Source: the human T2T-CHM13v2.0 reference genome, Homo sapiens
Assembly (NCBI RefSeq): GCF_009914755.1
Contig: NC_060936.1
Length of the DNA: 64,000 nt
Direction: 5' to 3' (one strand)
A model generated the notes under the pieces. That model did no database searches, was not told the DNA's origin, and was given only the letters and a program-made list of their open reading frames with translations. Positions 13,797 through 28,974 of this stretch are shown piece after piece (positions within the stretch are counted from its first letter, which is position 1; each line of letters starts with the position of its first letter). Position numbers and translations under genes: made by a program.

Positions 13797-16700
13797 TTCA
13801 AGAGCCCCCTTTCTTTGAGAAGTTTCTTCAGAAGTTATCCATATAGTAGTACAGACCTAGCCATTATAGCACACCATCCTCTACTATCTAATGCATTGAT
13901 GCCCAGCCTTAAGAAGTCTGAATATTGTACGTTTTGGGGGGAGTCCTCCATGCTGCCTGGAACAGGGAGGAGCACATTGTCATGAGTCGATCAGAATGGA
14001 TCGCTGATCGGTTCATTGCCTCTCTCTCTGCTGCAGGAGGAAGGATCTCAGGAAGTCACCAGCATCTCACCTCTCCAGGTGGGCAATTAACGATGGCGAG
14101 GGCACACCCTCACCCCTGAGCGTGCCTTCTGCACCAGCATATTGCTTGTTGGCATTTTTGATCAAGAGACTTAACAGACTGCTGAGAAATTTGTACCTGG
14201 TTTTTATTTGTTAAAATAATATTACGTACAAATTTTACAAACTCATCTGTGTTTCTCCCACCTAACAGAACAGCTTTTATTTTCCGTGCATCCTTCCAGT
14301 TCATCCATAGGCATATATGTATGTATTTACCCATGGTTGTAATCTTCATCGTCGCATGCATGCATGCAATTTGGTTTTCCGCTTCCTTCTTCTGAGTGGA
14401 TATTGTGACCATTTCTCCATCCTGTCATAGCGACAAAGCTGATGGTTTCCAGGAATGGCTGCATTGGGTAGGTGGAGCTTTCCACAGTTGAGGGTGGGGG
14501 TTGGCTAATTACAGCTAGGAAGCTAGTGCACAGATGAAATGATGTTTGATTTTTTTGTTTTTCTCTCTGTTCAGTATCCCCTACCAGTAGAGAGGGGGAT
14601 GTCCTTGAGAGTGGTCCTGGGGCAGCCCTGGTGCCACGGGGAAGTAGCGCCGCTCTGTGGAGAGGGCTGCTTTGTGAATTTGCCGGCTGGTAGACACCGT
14701 GATCCATTCTATTGTCTCCTCATTGTTCTTCTCCTTGGGAGTCATTCCCATTCCAGATCCTCAAGTAAGAGCAAAGTAGACCTGTAAGGCACCTGGGAGG
14801 TTATCCTGCTTACTATCTTTAAACTCTTGACCTAAGCCATGTAGGAAGAAACACATTTTATAACACAACTCAGGATACTTGTACAAGTATATCAAACTGA
14901 TACAAAAGTTTCTCCGAACAATATTTACTCTTAACGACATACGGTGAGCCTGATACTTTCTATCCTACTCTATTTGGTTAAAGGAGAACAACAACAGAAA
15001 GTGCTGGTCACGACCCACAAATGCATTTCATGACCCATTAATGAGTTGCAGCTAGAAGTTAGAAAAACACTTATCTCACCCAACCCGTTATTAGACAAAT
15101 GGGAAACCAAGCCCTTGGAAAGAGGAAGTGACTTGCCCACAGTCCCACGTCTGGACCTAGCTGGAGGGCTGATGTTGCCTCAGTATTTGACTAACCTGGA
15201 GGAGAGGTGGGGCATGCTCAGGGATCCCGAGGAAGATGCTCGTCTTCTGTGTAGCGGGCAACAGAGGGCAGCACGGCCGCCGTCCTCGTCTCCAGCGGCG
15301 TCTCTCCTCTGGCTGTGGGAACACACTGCTCCTTTGGTGCCACTCTGAGCTGCTGAGAGGCAGTCAAGTTCATGCACATAGTGCTCCCCAATTCTGTGGG
15401 ATTGGACAGTGTCCCCAAGAGGACTCCCCTGAAAATCTTCTTAGTAAAACAAAAAGGGAGGTAGAGTCTCCCTGTGCAACCGGTGCACCTGTTCCCCCTA
15501 TGCCTGCTGGCTTCCAGAAGTTCATTCGTATGCCAATAATAAGAGTTGGTTTTGCTAGCAGTGGGACAGCAGAGATGGGCATGTGTGAGGTGTGCTTCCC
15601 GGTCTGAGGCCTATGGCAGAGGGAAGGGAGGGCCGGGGATACTTGCCTGCCTCTTCCCTGGCAGATGCTCCCACCCGGGCCTTTGTGGGCCCAGGGCCAT
15701 GGGCCGGCTGCCCCGCTTGTGTTATGAATGTCACAGGGGGGAGCTAACGAGGTTATTGGGCAGAGAAACACTCTCCTGTGACCCATGTGGAAGAGACCTA
15801 CAGCAGAGCAAGAGGCAGGGAGGCTGGCTTTGTCACACTGTTCATGGCGACAGAGAAGGCGTAGGAGGGGCGGGTGGACAGCAGGCGTGGGCGCAGCACC
15901 ATTATATACGTCCCTCAAGAGGTGGAGATGGTGAGAGGGCAATGGAGAAAAAGCCAAGGAGACAGGCAGATGGCCAGGTTTGCTCTGCGTTCATGATGGG
16001 AGGGGAGGGCTGTGCTTGGCTCAGGGATCCACGGTGTCTAACAATGCTGCTAACTTGATGCTGGGGCAATGGGCTGACCATTAAAAGAGCTGCTGTAGAA
16101 AGTGTGTTTGTAATAGAGTGTGTACAGGAGGAAGGGGAAATAGGAGAGGGGCTGGTTTTTGTAGATTTAACCTGATTGTTTTTGCTGTAAGTTGAAGGGT
16201 GACCCACGGTTCCCTGTATGCTGTGTCTCCTGCCCCCACGTGCCCCTTCCATGTCTACACACAGTAAGCTCACTAGAGCAATGCTAAAACGAGAAAGAGT
16301 ACGCTTTGGAAGACTTGCTGCACTCCAGGACCGTCACTAGCGTGATGGCTGCAACTATACCCACCCTAATATCTGTCAACACGAGCAGGGGCAACTTAAA
16401 CTCTCAAAAGTCTCAGGGTTCTCACCCATACCATTAGGGTGACGCTCGTGTGCATCTTCTGTGGCTGATGGGTAAATTAAACAGGACGTAATGTGTAGCG
16501 TACTGCATGTGGTGGTCATTGGTAGCTGTCAGCAGCTGTAACAGGAGAAGTTGGCTGTCTTTATTTCCCCTCGATGGACCAAGCAGCTGCTGGATCATGG
16601 CCACCCAGCCCCTCTGAAGGAGTGCTCGGAGGAACACAAGGGGGCTGGTCTTCCAAGAGGAGCCCTCTAGCATGGCAGTGGACGGGGTTCAAGCCCCTCT

Positions 16701-17602
16701 GATTTATTATCCTCATTCTGCACTTCCCTGTAGCAAGTCACATTTTTTTCTCTTAGCAATAAAATGGGGCCTTCAGTCTCATGAGTCATAACATCGAAAC
16801 CGAGTCACCCATCTGATTCGGATGCAATGATTAATCTTCAGTGCTTAGTTAGAGCCCTATGTTAGGGTTAGAATCCTCTGCCCTAATGTTCTGAGGGTTC
16901 TTGCTGTTGGGCCAGAGGTTGGGAACTGGGTGGAACTCAGCCCCCACTCGCCCACTCCCTGCATTGCTGCTTCTCTCATTTCCTTTTTTAGATCAAACCT
17001 TTTTTTTTTTTTTTGGGTGGGGGTCATATTAATCCTCAATGCCTGTCCAGAGACTATAACAAGATCCCATCTGAATTAGCATTATGCATAGATTTTGCCC
17101 GTTTCTCCCATCTCCTTGTACTTTCCCTCCTTCTCACATCTGGAGCCCCTGGTCTGTCCTGCTTGCATGGCCCATGGGGTACCTTGTCTGCACTGGTCTC
17201 AGGCATTCTCTGCTCTGTTCCCACCATCACCTCTAGAGGAGACTATGACTCGCTCACCTTGCTCCCCCCACCAGGGTCAAGAATGTTAACTCAGACATGC
17301 TTAATATGACTGGGATCTGGGGATTGGGGACCTTGAATCCTCTGTGCATTCATTGTGTGCCCTTAGATAAGCTGTCTTCCTTCCCTGCCTCAGTCTCCTT
17401 CGTTTAATCTGGAACAGCCATGGTGATGGCAAATAAACACAGGCTCCTTGTGAAAGAACTCGAGGGAGGACATGCCTGTAGGGCACGGGGTCACTCGCGC
17501 CGCTGACCTGCTGCCGTCCTGTTTCTGAGTCTCTGCAGTCTCGGGAGCTCCAGGATCCAAATTCGTTCTGTGCCCTGACCTTCTGCCTCTCATTCCTTGC
17601 AG

Positions 17603-17751
17603 ACTTTAAGTTTGCCATGTACCCACCGTCGATGATCGCAACTGGAAGTGTGGGAGCAGCCATCTGTGGGCTCCAGCAGGATGAGGAAGTGAGCTCGCTC
17701 ACTTGTGATGCCCTGACTGAGCTGCTGGCTAAGATCACCAACACAGACGTG
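17603..17751 (+). CDS. CCND2: Cyclin D2 exon 4
   Basis: cag|ACTTTAAG; (D)[29 protein letters not shown]...NTDV; donor GTG|gtaggt; 149 nt. Confidence 0.99.
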
Positions 17752-19967
17752 GTAGGTGGCCACCACCTTCTTGGCTAAGTCCAGATGTCTCTTCTCAGCT
17801 CAGGGAAGGAGACGACGGATTTGATTATGTTGTGTCAGAGGTATTTTTCTGGTTTGTTTCCTAAGATCGACATCCAAGGGAGTGCAAAGTTCAGCAGGTG
17901 ACACCCCCTCTTAAGGTTCTGAAAAGCTGTGCACGGGAAAATACGGAAGAAAACTCAGCAAGCAGATGAAGGGGGTGGGGGTGGGAGGGCTGTTTACCGA
18001 TGTTCCTTTATGGCGTGGGCTTCTCAGTGGGTCTGAATTGTTGCTTCATTGCCATATTTGTACACGCTGCCAGGCTGCCTCTGCCCGGCAGCGAAGAGCT
18101 GCCGTGTCTGCTTTCACACGCTGAGGCTGTAAGGCGCACAGAGGAGAAAGGAGAGCCAGGACTCAGCTGCAGTGGATGGAGCAGACACACAAGAGGTGCC
18201 CCACTGTGAGAACGGTGTCCGTCCCTGGCAAACCTCTCGACCCCTCCCCGCTCTCTCTTCCCTTTTGTTCAATGCAGTAATGGATTACAAAGTGCTTTCA
18301 AAAGACAAAGTGCCATACAAACTCAAGAAACTATTATTAGCTACGGAGCTTCCCCATTCTGTGTGCCCTGTGGACGGCCCAGAGGCTGTTAACTTCCTGT
18401 TGCCAGAATTTGGAGCTCCTGAGAAGAAAGGTTTTGAGAGAGACCAGGGTCAAGTGAGCCTCTGAATTCAATCAGCAGGAAGCTGCAGTCCTAGCCCGTC
18501 CGAGACAGGATGGTGCCAAGAGGTCAGAGAGGCCATTCCTTCGTTTTCCACGGGCAGGACAGGGACTGAAGTAACCAGCCAGGAGCGGGGTGGGCAGTGG
18601 CTGAGCTGGGGCTAGAACCCCCAGGCTCCGGCTGCCCCCTGGAAACTTTCCACTCCACCCTTGTTGCCGCTCCTGGGATCTTTTGGTTTGAAAAAAAACC
18701 CTGGGGTTTAAAGTCAACCTGAGAGAGGGGTGTTGGCCCTGAGCCCTCATGCATCACCATGGAGAGGCTGAAGAATGCTGGGCACTTCACGATGACACCC
18801 TCTGGATGGTCCGGGGGGATTCAGATGCCCTCTGCGGGCTTTTATTGAGTTAAGGGATCATGTGGTTTATAGGCCTATGGCTGAGGCCTGCACGAGGGAT
18901 ACGGGACAGGTTAAACCTCAGAGAGCCCACGGCTGCAGCTCGCCGGCCTCCTCGCCCGCCCACCTGGATTTTCCCTGGCATTTGTTCCCAGCTCAGAGAA
19001 ATGGCGCAGGGAGATGCTGACGGAGCAAATCCGGGGTCCTCCTCTGAGATAGTTCGTAGATATGGTTTTAAAATGCGGGCTCCAAACATACGCTTTTTAA
19101 ACGAGGACTCCAGAACACAGACTGAAAACCTCCCTCCAGTGCAGCATGAAGAATGCTTTTCTAATCCTCCAGAGGAAAATCGTGGACGGGACTTAACGTT
19201 TATAGAAATGGTACGCTTTCCTCCTTTTCTGAATGTCTCCAATTAAGGCTGCCTTACAAATAGGACTCTCAGCCAGTTTAAGACAAGCCCTTCCTCAATG
19301 CCTGGAGACAAAAATGTCAGTGACAGGAGTTGGAAGCGGCCACCCCCCTCCTCCTGCCCCCAGGCATTGTAACCTTTTCCCCCGATGTTGATAGACCTGC
19401 TCTGATGGGCTGACCACCCTACCGGCTCCAGCCTTTTCCCACCTCCCTTTGTCCCCCGTTACTGATCTCACATGGACAGTGGTGGAAATTTCCCTCCTGG
19501 GAGTTGCTGCTGAGTCTCTTGGCTTTTCGAGACCGCAGGCAAGTCAGTCCGTCATCTCATCTGGGGAAACTGTTTGCCTTTTTCTGATACTACGTAGCCA
19601 GTCCATTTAAGTCAGCTGGCCAACTCTGTTAAATGGATATGAAGTGGGTACGAAGCTGGTTTAGGGGTGTCCTCCTATAAATCCTAACTGTTGGTCAAGT
19701 TGATACCTCATTTCTATAATGGGCACACGCCGTGTTTCCTAACTGGGGCTGCCTGTGTGTGCCTCATTCACACCGGTGGACCTGGGTTGAACATGTTCAT
19801 ATTTAAAAACCAAGAGTGAACGCGGTGAAATGTACAATTCATAACACTTTTTCAAAGAAAAATCTGAGCCCTCAGGAAGTTCCAGGCTTACCTCTGGCAC
19901 CCCGGAGGCTGGTTCGCTCTCCCTGAAAATGTTTTTAGTGGAAAGGTTCAAGCAGCTCTGGGCTAGG

Positions 19968-19968
<1 letters not shown>

Positions 19969-20015
<47 letters not shown>
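19969..20015 (+). repeat. (TG)23 microsatellite
   Basis: Directly visible. Confidence 0.97.
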
Positions 20016-20017
<2 letters not shown>

Positions 20018-20509
20018 ATGCACCTTTCCAAGTGCTAAATCTCCTCCCATCCATCAGCCTGTGTTCTCTGAAAAGCTGACGCTCAGAGGGAAGAAAAATA
20101 AAAGGACTAGAATTTAGAACACATTAGTGTTTGGAGGGAGGTGAGTTGTGCTTCCTGAGCTCTGTTTACCATTTCACGAGTCAAGAAGTGGTGTATTTCC
20201 TTCATTCGTTTCTGGAAGTCTTTACTGAAGGCCCAGTTGTTGCTAGAAGTTGGGGTGGATGGTGGCATCTGGGAAATAGAGGATGAGATTCCTGCCTTCA
20301 AGGAACTTAGCAGTTGTATGATGAAGCAAGAGTAAAGCGTGCAAAACCCTAGCAAATTAAGAACGTAAACAAAGGTGTGCTACGTAACGTGTTACGAACC
20401 CTAAATGCAGTAGGAAATCAACTCAAAAGAAGGAGCTCATCAGGCCTAACGTAGAATGCCGGCCTCCCAGCAGAGAAAACTTGGTGATAGAAACTGTTCT
20501 TAGAGTAGA

Positions 20510-20915
20510 GAAACAAAATGTATGGGCACGCAATGGAATATTATTCAACCTTAAAAAGAAATGAAATTCCGATCCATGTTATAACATGGGCGAACCTTGA
20601 AAATACTATGTTAAGTGAAACGAGCCAGACACAAAAAGACAAATACTATATGATTCCACTTATACCAGGTACCTGGAATAGTCAAATTCGTAGAGACAGA
20701 AAGTAGAATAGAGGTTCCCAGGAGTCTGGGGAGAGGAGAGGATGGGGAGTTAGTGTTTAATGCGTACGGAGTTTCAGTTTGGGATGATGAAAACAATTCT
20801 GTAGATGGAGAGTTCTGATGGCCACACAGCAGTGTGAATGTACTTAATGCCACTGTACATTTAAAAGTGGCTGAAAAGGGAAATTTGACATTATGTGTAT
20901 TTATGATAGTAAAAT
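20510..20915 (+). mobile_element. L1M (L1MB-like) 3' end fragment
   Basis: atggaatattattcaaccttaaaaag...gccagacacaaaaagacaaatactatatgattccact, typical old L1 3' end. Confidence 0.85.
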
Positions 20916-22199
20916 GTGTGTGTGTATATATGTATATACACACACATACATAAATGGATATATATATATGTATGTATGTATGTCTGAAACATTCTCGGGC
21001 CACGCTATGAAATGCCCATAGGTTGATGTTGAGCTCTTCCCTGGAAAAGTGAAATACACAGGACCACATTTTGCCCCCTGGCCCTAGTGCATTGACAAAC
21101 GGGAATCAGGAAGAGCTGACAGTTTCCCCCAGAGCCCCTGAAGTTATATGTCAGCTCCTACACACCTTGCTGTTTCTGATTTCTTCAAGCTTGCAATGCT
21201 CTCTGTTACTTTGGGGGTTAGGTCGTGGGTTGTCGGGGATCGAGCTGTGGAAAGAGGGTCCCCCTGATTCTTGTGAGATGGCCAGGCGAGTCTCTGTGGT
21301 TCATTGGCCAGGAGCAGATAGCTTTGATATGAGGGACGCATGCGGCTCTGAGAAAGTCGGCCTTTGTTGCTCCGTCTGGTTGCCAAAATAAACCAGAACG
21401 CTTCATTCCAAAGAGAAAGCTGAGTGAGGGGCCTGACAGTTTTATAGGGAATAAACGTCTCAGAGAGTGGTATATTTTAAATACTTTTTCCTTCCAATCG
21501 TAAGAGTTGCTAAAAACAGCCAGAGAGGCAGTTTGGCTGTAGGGGGGACGTCTATTGGGGGTGTCCAGTGCCTGGGTAGGTTTGAGAGGGGAGGGTGCCA
21601 CTGGCCTGGGTCCCCGGTGACCATGGCCCTGCTTCCTTGGGCTGAATCGGGGTCCTCTTCCATCCCCTCTGCACACTAGTCGGGCTGCGTGCCAGCATTG
21701 ATCTCACTGCTTCCTTGTCTATAGAACCTCTTGAATAAGGCCCAGCTTTTCCTCAGCTCTTTATCCAGAGCCCCTGGCAGAGTCATTGGGAGTGATGCTT
21801 AAGAGAGGAAGGGAAGAGGAAGGAAGGAGCAAAGGACAAAGGCAGGCAGATGGGTTTCCAGTGGGTTTCCGATTCACTGGTCTGTCCATGTCCTTTGAAA
21901 AGCTGTGTCTTTTCTTTAACTTCAATTCTGTGTCAGGGCCTTCCGAGCCTTCTGAGTTTTCCCCAACCTTATCTTAGAGTAGGTTAAATGAAGTGGCTTC
22001 ATTTTCATATGACACAGTTGCACAAATTCACTAACTAAAAAATGGAATGGAGGCTCACAGGCCATAAAGGTGTTGTGAAGTTATTGCAAGATACTTAACA
22101 GAAGAAAGACTCTAGTCATCTGTTCCTTATATTTATCCTTTTTTGTCTAAGTCACATCAAAACTCTTTGTCACATTCTTTAAAAACAAAAAGCAAAAAA

Positions 22200-22340
22200 C
22201 AAAACTTTAGATTCAGGGGATCCATGTGCGGTTTGTTACGTGGATATATCGTGTGATGCTGAGGTTTGGGCTTCAGTCGAACCCGTCACCCAGACAGTGT
22301 ACACAGTACCCAATAGGGAGTGTTTCAACTCTCGTCCCTG
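22200..22340 (-). mobile_element. L1P (L1PB/old L1PA) 3' terminal fragment
   Basis: tttagattcagggg...catgtgcggtttgttac...gctgaggtttggg. Confidence 0.7.
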
Positions 22341-24229
22341 TCCCTAGACACATTCTTAAATATTGCCCAGAGAAGATTCCAGGATATCCCTTCCTTAGGG
22401 TCATCCTGGCATTTTACGGTCCTGGTTATCAATGAGCTATTAAAAAGCAGGGAGGTGGAGGCGCCGTGGAAGAAGTCTCAGTTTCGACCACATGTGTGTG
22501 ATTCATGGGGTTTAGCATTGTGTGTTTCTGCTCCGTAGCTGGAAGTGCCGCCACCCTCGCCCCACATGTCATTTTCAAGCCTCCACTGTTACAGATTCTG
22601 TCTTCTGTGGACTCTTCAGGGCCTGTGGTCAGGAACCTTGTGAAGTGTTGCTGGAAGCTGGGGGTGGGGAGGTGGAATAGAATCGGGGGCTGATGCCTCC
22701 CTCTCCTGCCTCATTTTTCTGTGGGCCTCATTTGGTATGCAAGGAAATAAGCCAAACAGCCTGTGAAGAAAGGAAGAATGAGATAGTTTCCTAAGTTGTC
22801 TCTGCCTGAGTTGGCCGCGGGTCTGGGGCTCATTCAGCCCTTTGTCCCCCTGTTGAGTGCAGTGCGTGTGTGGTGACAATGAGGTGGTGCAGTTACACTG
22901 AGGGCTAATGGTAGGAGTTCCGTCAGCCCATTCATGGAGGCAGAGGAGGGTGCAGGGCGCGGAGCTCGAGCCAGCAAGCAGAGGAAGTCAGAGGCCCTTG
23001 TAACGAGCTGAAGATCACAAACACTGCTGTGAGGGCTCCAGGCTTGGGGGCGGGGGCAGCCAGGAGGGAAGGGGGCAAGGGAGGGGGCCTATCATCATAG
23101 AAGTTGGAGGTCTGCCCGACCCCCAGCGCGGTAGGGTACCACCTGTCCAGGCTGACAGACGAGCATTATGGCTTCCCTTTTAATCAGCTTAATTTGGGGC
23201 ATCTTAACACAATGGCTGGTGCTTTGGAGGCTGCAGGAAAGCTGATGTCCTAGAGCCGCCACACTTGACATGCGTGTAACACCTTTTGATTAGAGGCGCT
23301 TTCGTGTTTTTCCAGCCACTTGGGCTCTGTCTCTTTTTCTTGGAGATTCTCTGGTCTGTATGTCTTTACTTAGAGCTTAGAAGTCGAGGTATATAGGAAA
23401 AAGGAGTTCTGAAATTGGAGGCTTGCCCTTTCTAAAGCCAGTCTGAGCTTTCAGCCAGATGTCACTGGGACAAGCCACGTCAACTCTCCACGCTCCATTC
23501 CCTAGCTGGGAAACGAGGGCATTTGGCTATTTGATTTCCAGAGGCCCTTTGGACCTCCAAATTCTCCAAGTCTGTGATTATTTGTGTATGTCTTCTTATA
23601 ATCCAGCCCCTTTGGAAGCACTAACTCCACTCTTCTCTCAGCTTGATCCTCTAATAGAAGCAACCTGGTTGGATTTAAGGTGGAGGTCTTCCTCTCTCCA
23701 GGTGGCTGCCCTCATCTCTACCCCCACCCCAATCCCATGCATTCTCCTGCCCTCCTGCTTTGGGCAAGACCCGGGCGATGTGGAGTTGGCATGTCCAGTT
23801 GCAGGTATCAGCACCACTGCACCATCTCCTCTGCCTTCACTTCCCACCAGCACACAGAATTTATATGCCCTTCCCAAGTCCAAAAAGGGCCCCTGCCATG
23901 CTAAACAAAGGTATTCATATGCAAGGCATGAGCTCTGTCTCATGGAAGGGAGAGGCCAAGTTCTCTTTCCACCATCAGAGAGTAGCGTTCAACATCATTT
24001 ATACAAGACAGGCTTTTGCCCTTTTAGTCTTGCTGAACTAGAATGAGGGATTTGTGTAGTCGAAAGTCAAGCTGATCATTGTCAAGTTTCGTGGAAGTGG
24101 AACCTGAAGGAAGGTTAGGTGGAGACTGCAGAGAGGGTTAGCGTCCTGCCTTACCACAAGGTAAGTCTAGAAGAGGGTGGGGAAGGGAGTTCAGAATTCT
24201 TCATTCATGGAGTGTACCTGCCTTGGTCA

Positions 24230-24587
<358 letters not shown>

Positions 24588-26072
24588 TCAGTGATGATTT
24601 GGATTGAAATTAAAATGTGACTAAAGAGAGAGTATGCAGTTTTGTCTATCTATGAAACCTTCCTCTGTTTTATGTGGGACACCTGGGCACCCACTCTTGG
24701 CTGGAACTTACATAAAACACTACTGTGCACGCACATGTCACCTCAAGTCCCGTGGCTCTGAAAGTCCAGTAGAAGTGACAGCCAGACATCCCAGTCCTCC
24801 CTGTAGGGTTTTCTCAGAACTGTTCCTTTAAGGTCTCAGGCTGCTGGAAGGGAGGGCTGATAGCAGAAAAAGTGGGGACACTGGGAACTCCAAAGGGAAG
24901 ACGCGCATGGCCTGAAACCGAGTTCTTTCGCTTTCTGGAGCCTGGTCTCCCTATGTGGAGGGTCATGCTGGCATGGCTGGCAATGGTTAATTCACCGATG
25001 GCCGTGGAGTCCCAAGTTGGCCATATTATTGCGGTAAAAGATACATTAACCCAGATGACCTTGCCGGGGGCCAGAATAGAGCCCGTGAGGAAGGAGAGCA
25101 AGGCAGGATCGGCCGGGAGGCGAGAGGGATTTTGTTGAGGAGCAAGGTCTTCCACAGGAACTGCGACTTGGAAAGTATTCACCAAGGGCTGTGCCATGCG
25201 AAACCCTCTTTAAAGGAACCGCATCGCTACGCCTAACGGGCATTTCTTTTTTAATGTAATGGTTCAGAGCTATTGTCTACCACGCCTCGCGTGCACACGC
25301 GCACACACGCAAGTTCCCTCAGTCAGCCGAGAATCCTGCCATCTCTTTTAGATAACAAAAGCTCTTAGGCCTTATGCTTTGGGTAGGATTTGTCTTCCAT
25401 GGACAGGTATTCAGTTGGGAACAAGTATATAGTCACTGCCTCTATGGTATGGAGATACTCCGATTTAGTCCCTCTGCCTCTTGGGGAAAAAAAAAAAAAA
25501 AATTGTAAACATCCCCTTCAGCAGCTTCTCAAGTCCCTGTACAGTGGAGGAACATTACACGTGAACTTCCTGGATTCAATGGATTCTTCTTTGCAAGAAA
25601 AAAAACAAAACAAAAAAACAGAGAAAGAAGAAAATATCAATTTAGATTGTTAGGTCCAACGTTTCACTCAGTGAGTGAGCACAGGGGGTGACGGAGGATG
25701 GCTGGAATGTGGGGTTGAAGCTGCTGTTCTGGGTCTCAGCTCCTGCCCATGTACCGTGGAGTGAGCATCTCACACCACGATGATTCTGGCATTTAAGTGA
25801 ACTCCTTCACACGGTGCTCAAGTGGAGAAAGGGCTGTCCATGTCTATCCCAGCTTAGAAGAAAAACTGATGGTATGAGACTTGCCATTCCTCTCTGGTGT
25901 AGAACCTGCCTAAGGGACATTCCACAGCAGTTCTGACCGTTGTCACTTTGTGCCTTTAACCCCCACATTCATTTTGATTCTATATTTAGTATTAAATTTT
26001 TTAGATTATTAGGATTTAAGGTTTTCAAACATCTACTGAAATGCAAGTGCCCCTAGAAACATTATACTTTCA

Positions 26073-26535
<463 letters not shown>

Positions 26536-27183
26536 TCAGCTCAACAGGTCGGACAGGGTAAGGGTAAGGGATGTAACCAGGAGATGCCACAGGAACGTCT
26601 GAGAGGTGTTAGCAAGTCCCAGAGGCCAGCGCCCGACTCCATTTCAGCCTCGTTCAGGGTGGCACGGAGACTCCTGCTGCTGCGTCACGTCTGTCATGTT
26701 CAGCACTCTTCCCAGACACACAGTCTTGACTAAAGATTGTCAGGATCTTGACACACGCTTCATTAGTCTTGACTAAATGCGAATCTATACCTCATTTCAA
26801 AGAAATCTGAATTCTTTAGGTTCCAGGACCAGTTTATTGTTATACATAATCACGATCATTTATTGAGCTCCACTTAGCACTGCACATATATCAGTATCAT
26901 CTCAGTTGCCCTTTACTCTGATTATTTTGTGGGGAAACTGAGATCAGAAAAGTTAAATAACTTAGGTGCCACCTGCAAGTATAGTGGGTGGGCAGCAGAT
27001 ACCACCCTTCCTCATTTCATTGTTCCAGGTGATATTTCGTCTCTGCCTTTGGCCTTTAGTCTGTGGTTGTTCCTAATCTTAGTTTTCATTGAAAGCTGTA
27101 GTTTGAAATGTGGGATAGATGAGAGATAGGAAAGGAAAATTTAGGGGTATGGAAATTTTGTTCCTTAGTGGTTAGTTCCAGCT

Positions 27184-27325
27184 TTATTTTGTTTATTTAT
27201 ATGTTTGTTTTTAAAGATCGGGAGCTTGCTGTGTTGTCCAGGCTGGTATCGAACTCCTGGTTTCAGCTTCCCGCCTCAGCCTCCCAGAGTGCTGGGATTA
27301 CAGGCATGAGCCAATATGCCTGGCC
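27184..27325 (-). mobile_element. FLAM/Alu monomer
   Basis: Single reverse left-arm-like monomer. Confidence 0.8.
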
Positions 27326-27865
27326 AGCTGTGTTTTAGATCTTTGGGAAATAAAGAGAATGCTTTTGGGCTTGGCAAAATAGAAACCTCTGGGTGGGGAG
27401 AATTGCACAGTAAAAGAAACAAAAGGGAAGTTTATATTAAACTATGAAAAGACACAGGGAGGTTCAATTTAACATATTTGCCTTATGTATGTGCTTCTTA
27501 AGAGAGTGCACAAAGGCACCTTTGCAGAGGAGAGAGGCTAGAAAATGCCCGTTAGAAGCAAGTCTACGGTTTGCACCCTCTTACTAGCACCAGCAACGGT
27601 CCCTGTCTAGTGATACCCATGACTTGTCATTGCATTGCATGTCATCTGCCTAAGAGAAGCTCCTGCCTGGGGCAGACACACTGTCAATTACCCCTACAAT
27701 ATAGACTGATACTAAAGCAAGGCTGCATATTCTTGCTTATTCCCAAATTGGATGGCTCAAGGTTCCAGAATGTTGTAGACATTCTGCATTATATCTTTAT
27801 GAGAGTTAAGGAAATGGTAAAGAAGCAGAAAAAGTTGGGGATTTTTTTTTTTAAGTATTTACAGT

Positions 27866-28148
<283 letters not shown>

Positions 28149-28329
28149 TTATGTGAGGGTCAGTACGTTGGTTCATTGGCTTCCTTCTTATCTAGTTCTC
28201 GGGCTGAGTTTGCTAATGTCATAGCACTTCTAGTAGCCTTCCCCTTTTCTCTGCCACTTCCCAGCTTCCCCAGGCAGAAAGCATCTGGTTGGCCCCTTGA
28301 TTACCAGGCATCCATAAGTGACCATCATT

Positions 28330-28475
28330 TAGGCCAGTGCTTCTCAGAATGCCAATCACCTGGGCTCCACTAAAAGGCAGGTTCTGAATAGCTCGGCCTG
28401 GGTTGACTGAGATTCTGCGGTTCCAACAAGCTCGCAGGTGATGCTGATGCTGCCAGCCCATGGACCCCACCTGGA
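28330..28475. mobile_element. MER5A-like DNA transposon fragment
   Basis: cagtgcttctca...aacaagctcgcaggtgatgctgatgctgc...ggaccccac. Confidence 0.7.
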
Positions 28476-28642
28476 GTAGTGAGGTTCCTTGGCACTTTAA
28501 GAACATCCCTCCTTTACTTCACATTTATTTCTACTGGAAACTAGCACAGACTTATGCAAGCTAAATTACGCATGTTTTCTCCGTAGGATGCTCTATGTCC
28601 TGTTCCTCTTACTAACAACTCTGGTCTGGACCATTGTTCTAG

Positions 28643-28792
<150 letters not shown>

Positions 28793-28968
28793 GGATGCCA
28801 GTTGGGCCGAAAGAGAGAGACGCGTCCATAATCTGGTCTCTTCTTCTTTCTGGTTGTTTTTGTTCTTTGTGTTTTAGGGTGAAACTTAAAAAAAAAATTC
28901 TGCCCCCACCTAGATCATATTTAAAGATCTTTTAGAAGTGAGAGAAAAAGGTCCTACGAAAACGGAAT

Positions 28969-28974
28969 AATAAA
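28969..28974 (+). terminator. CCND2: Proximal polyadenylation signal AATAAA
   Basis: AATAAA ~180 nt after the stop, followed by U/GU-rich sequence. Confidence 0.55.

Noticed and set aside
23459-24046. 195-aa ATG ORF in intron 4
   Set aside because: Starts in MIR-like sequence, no homology recognised and no splice support
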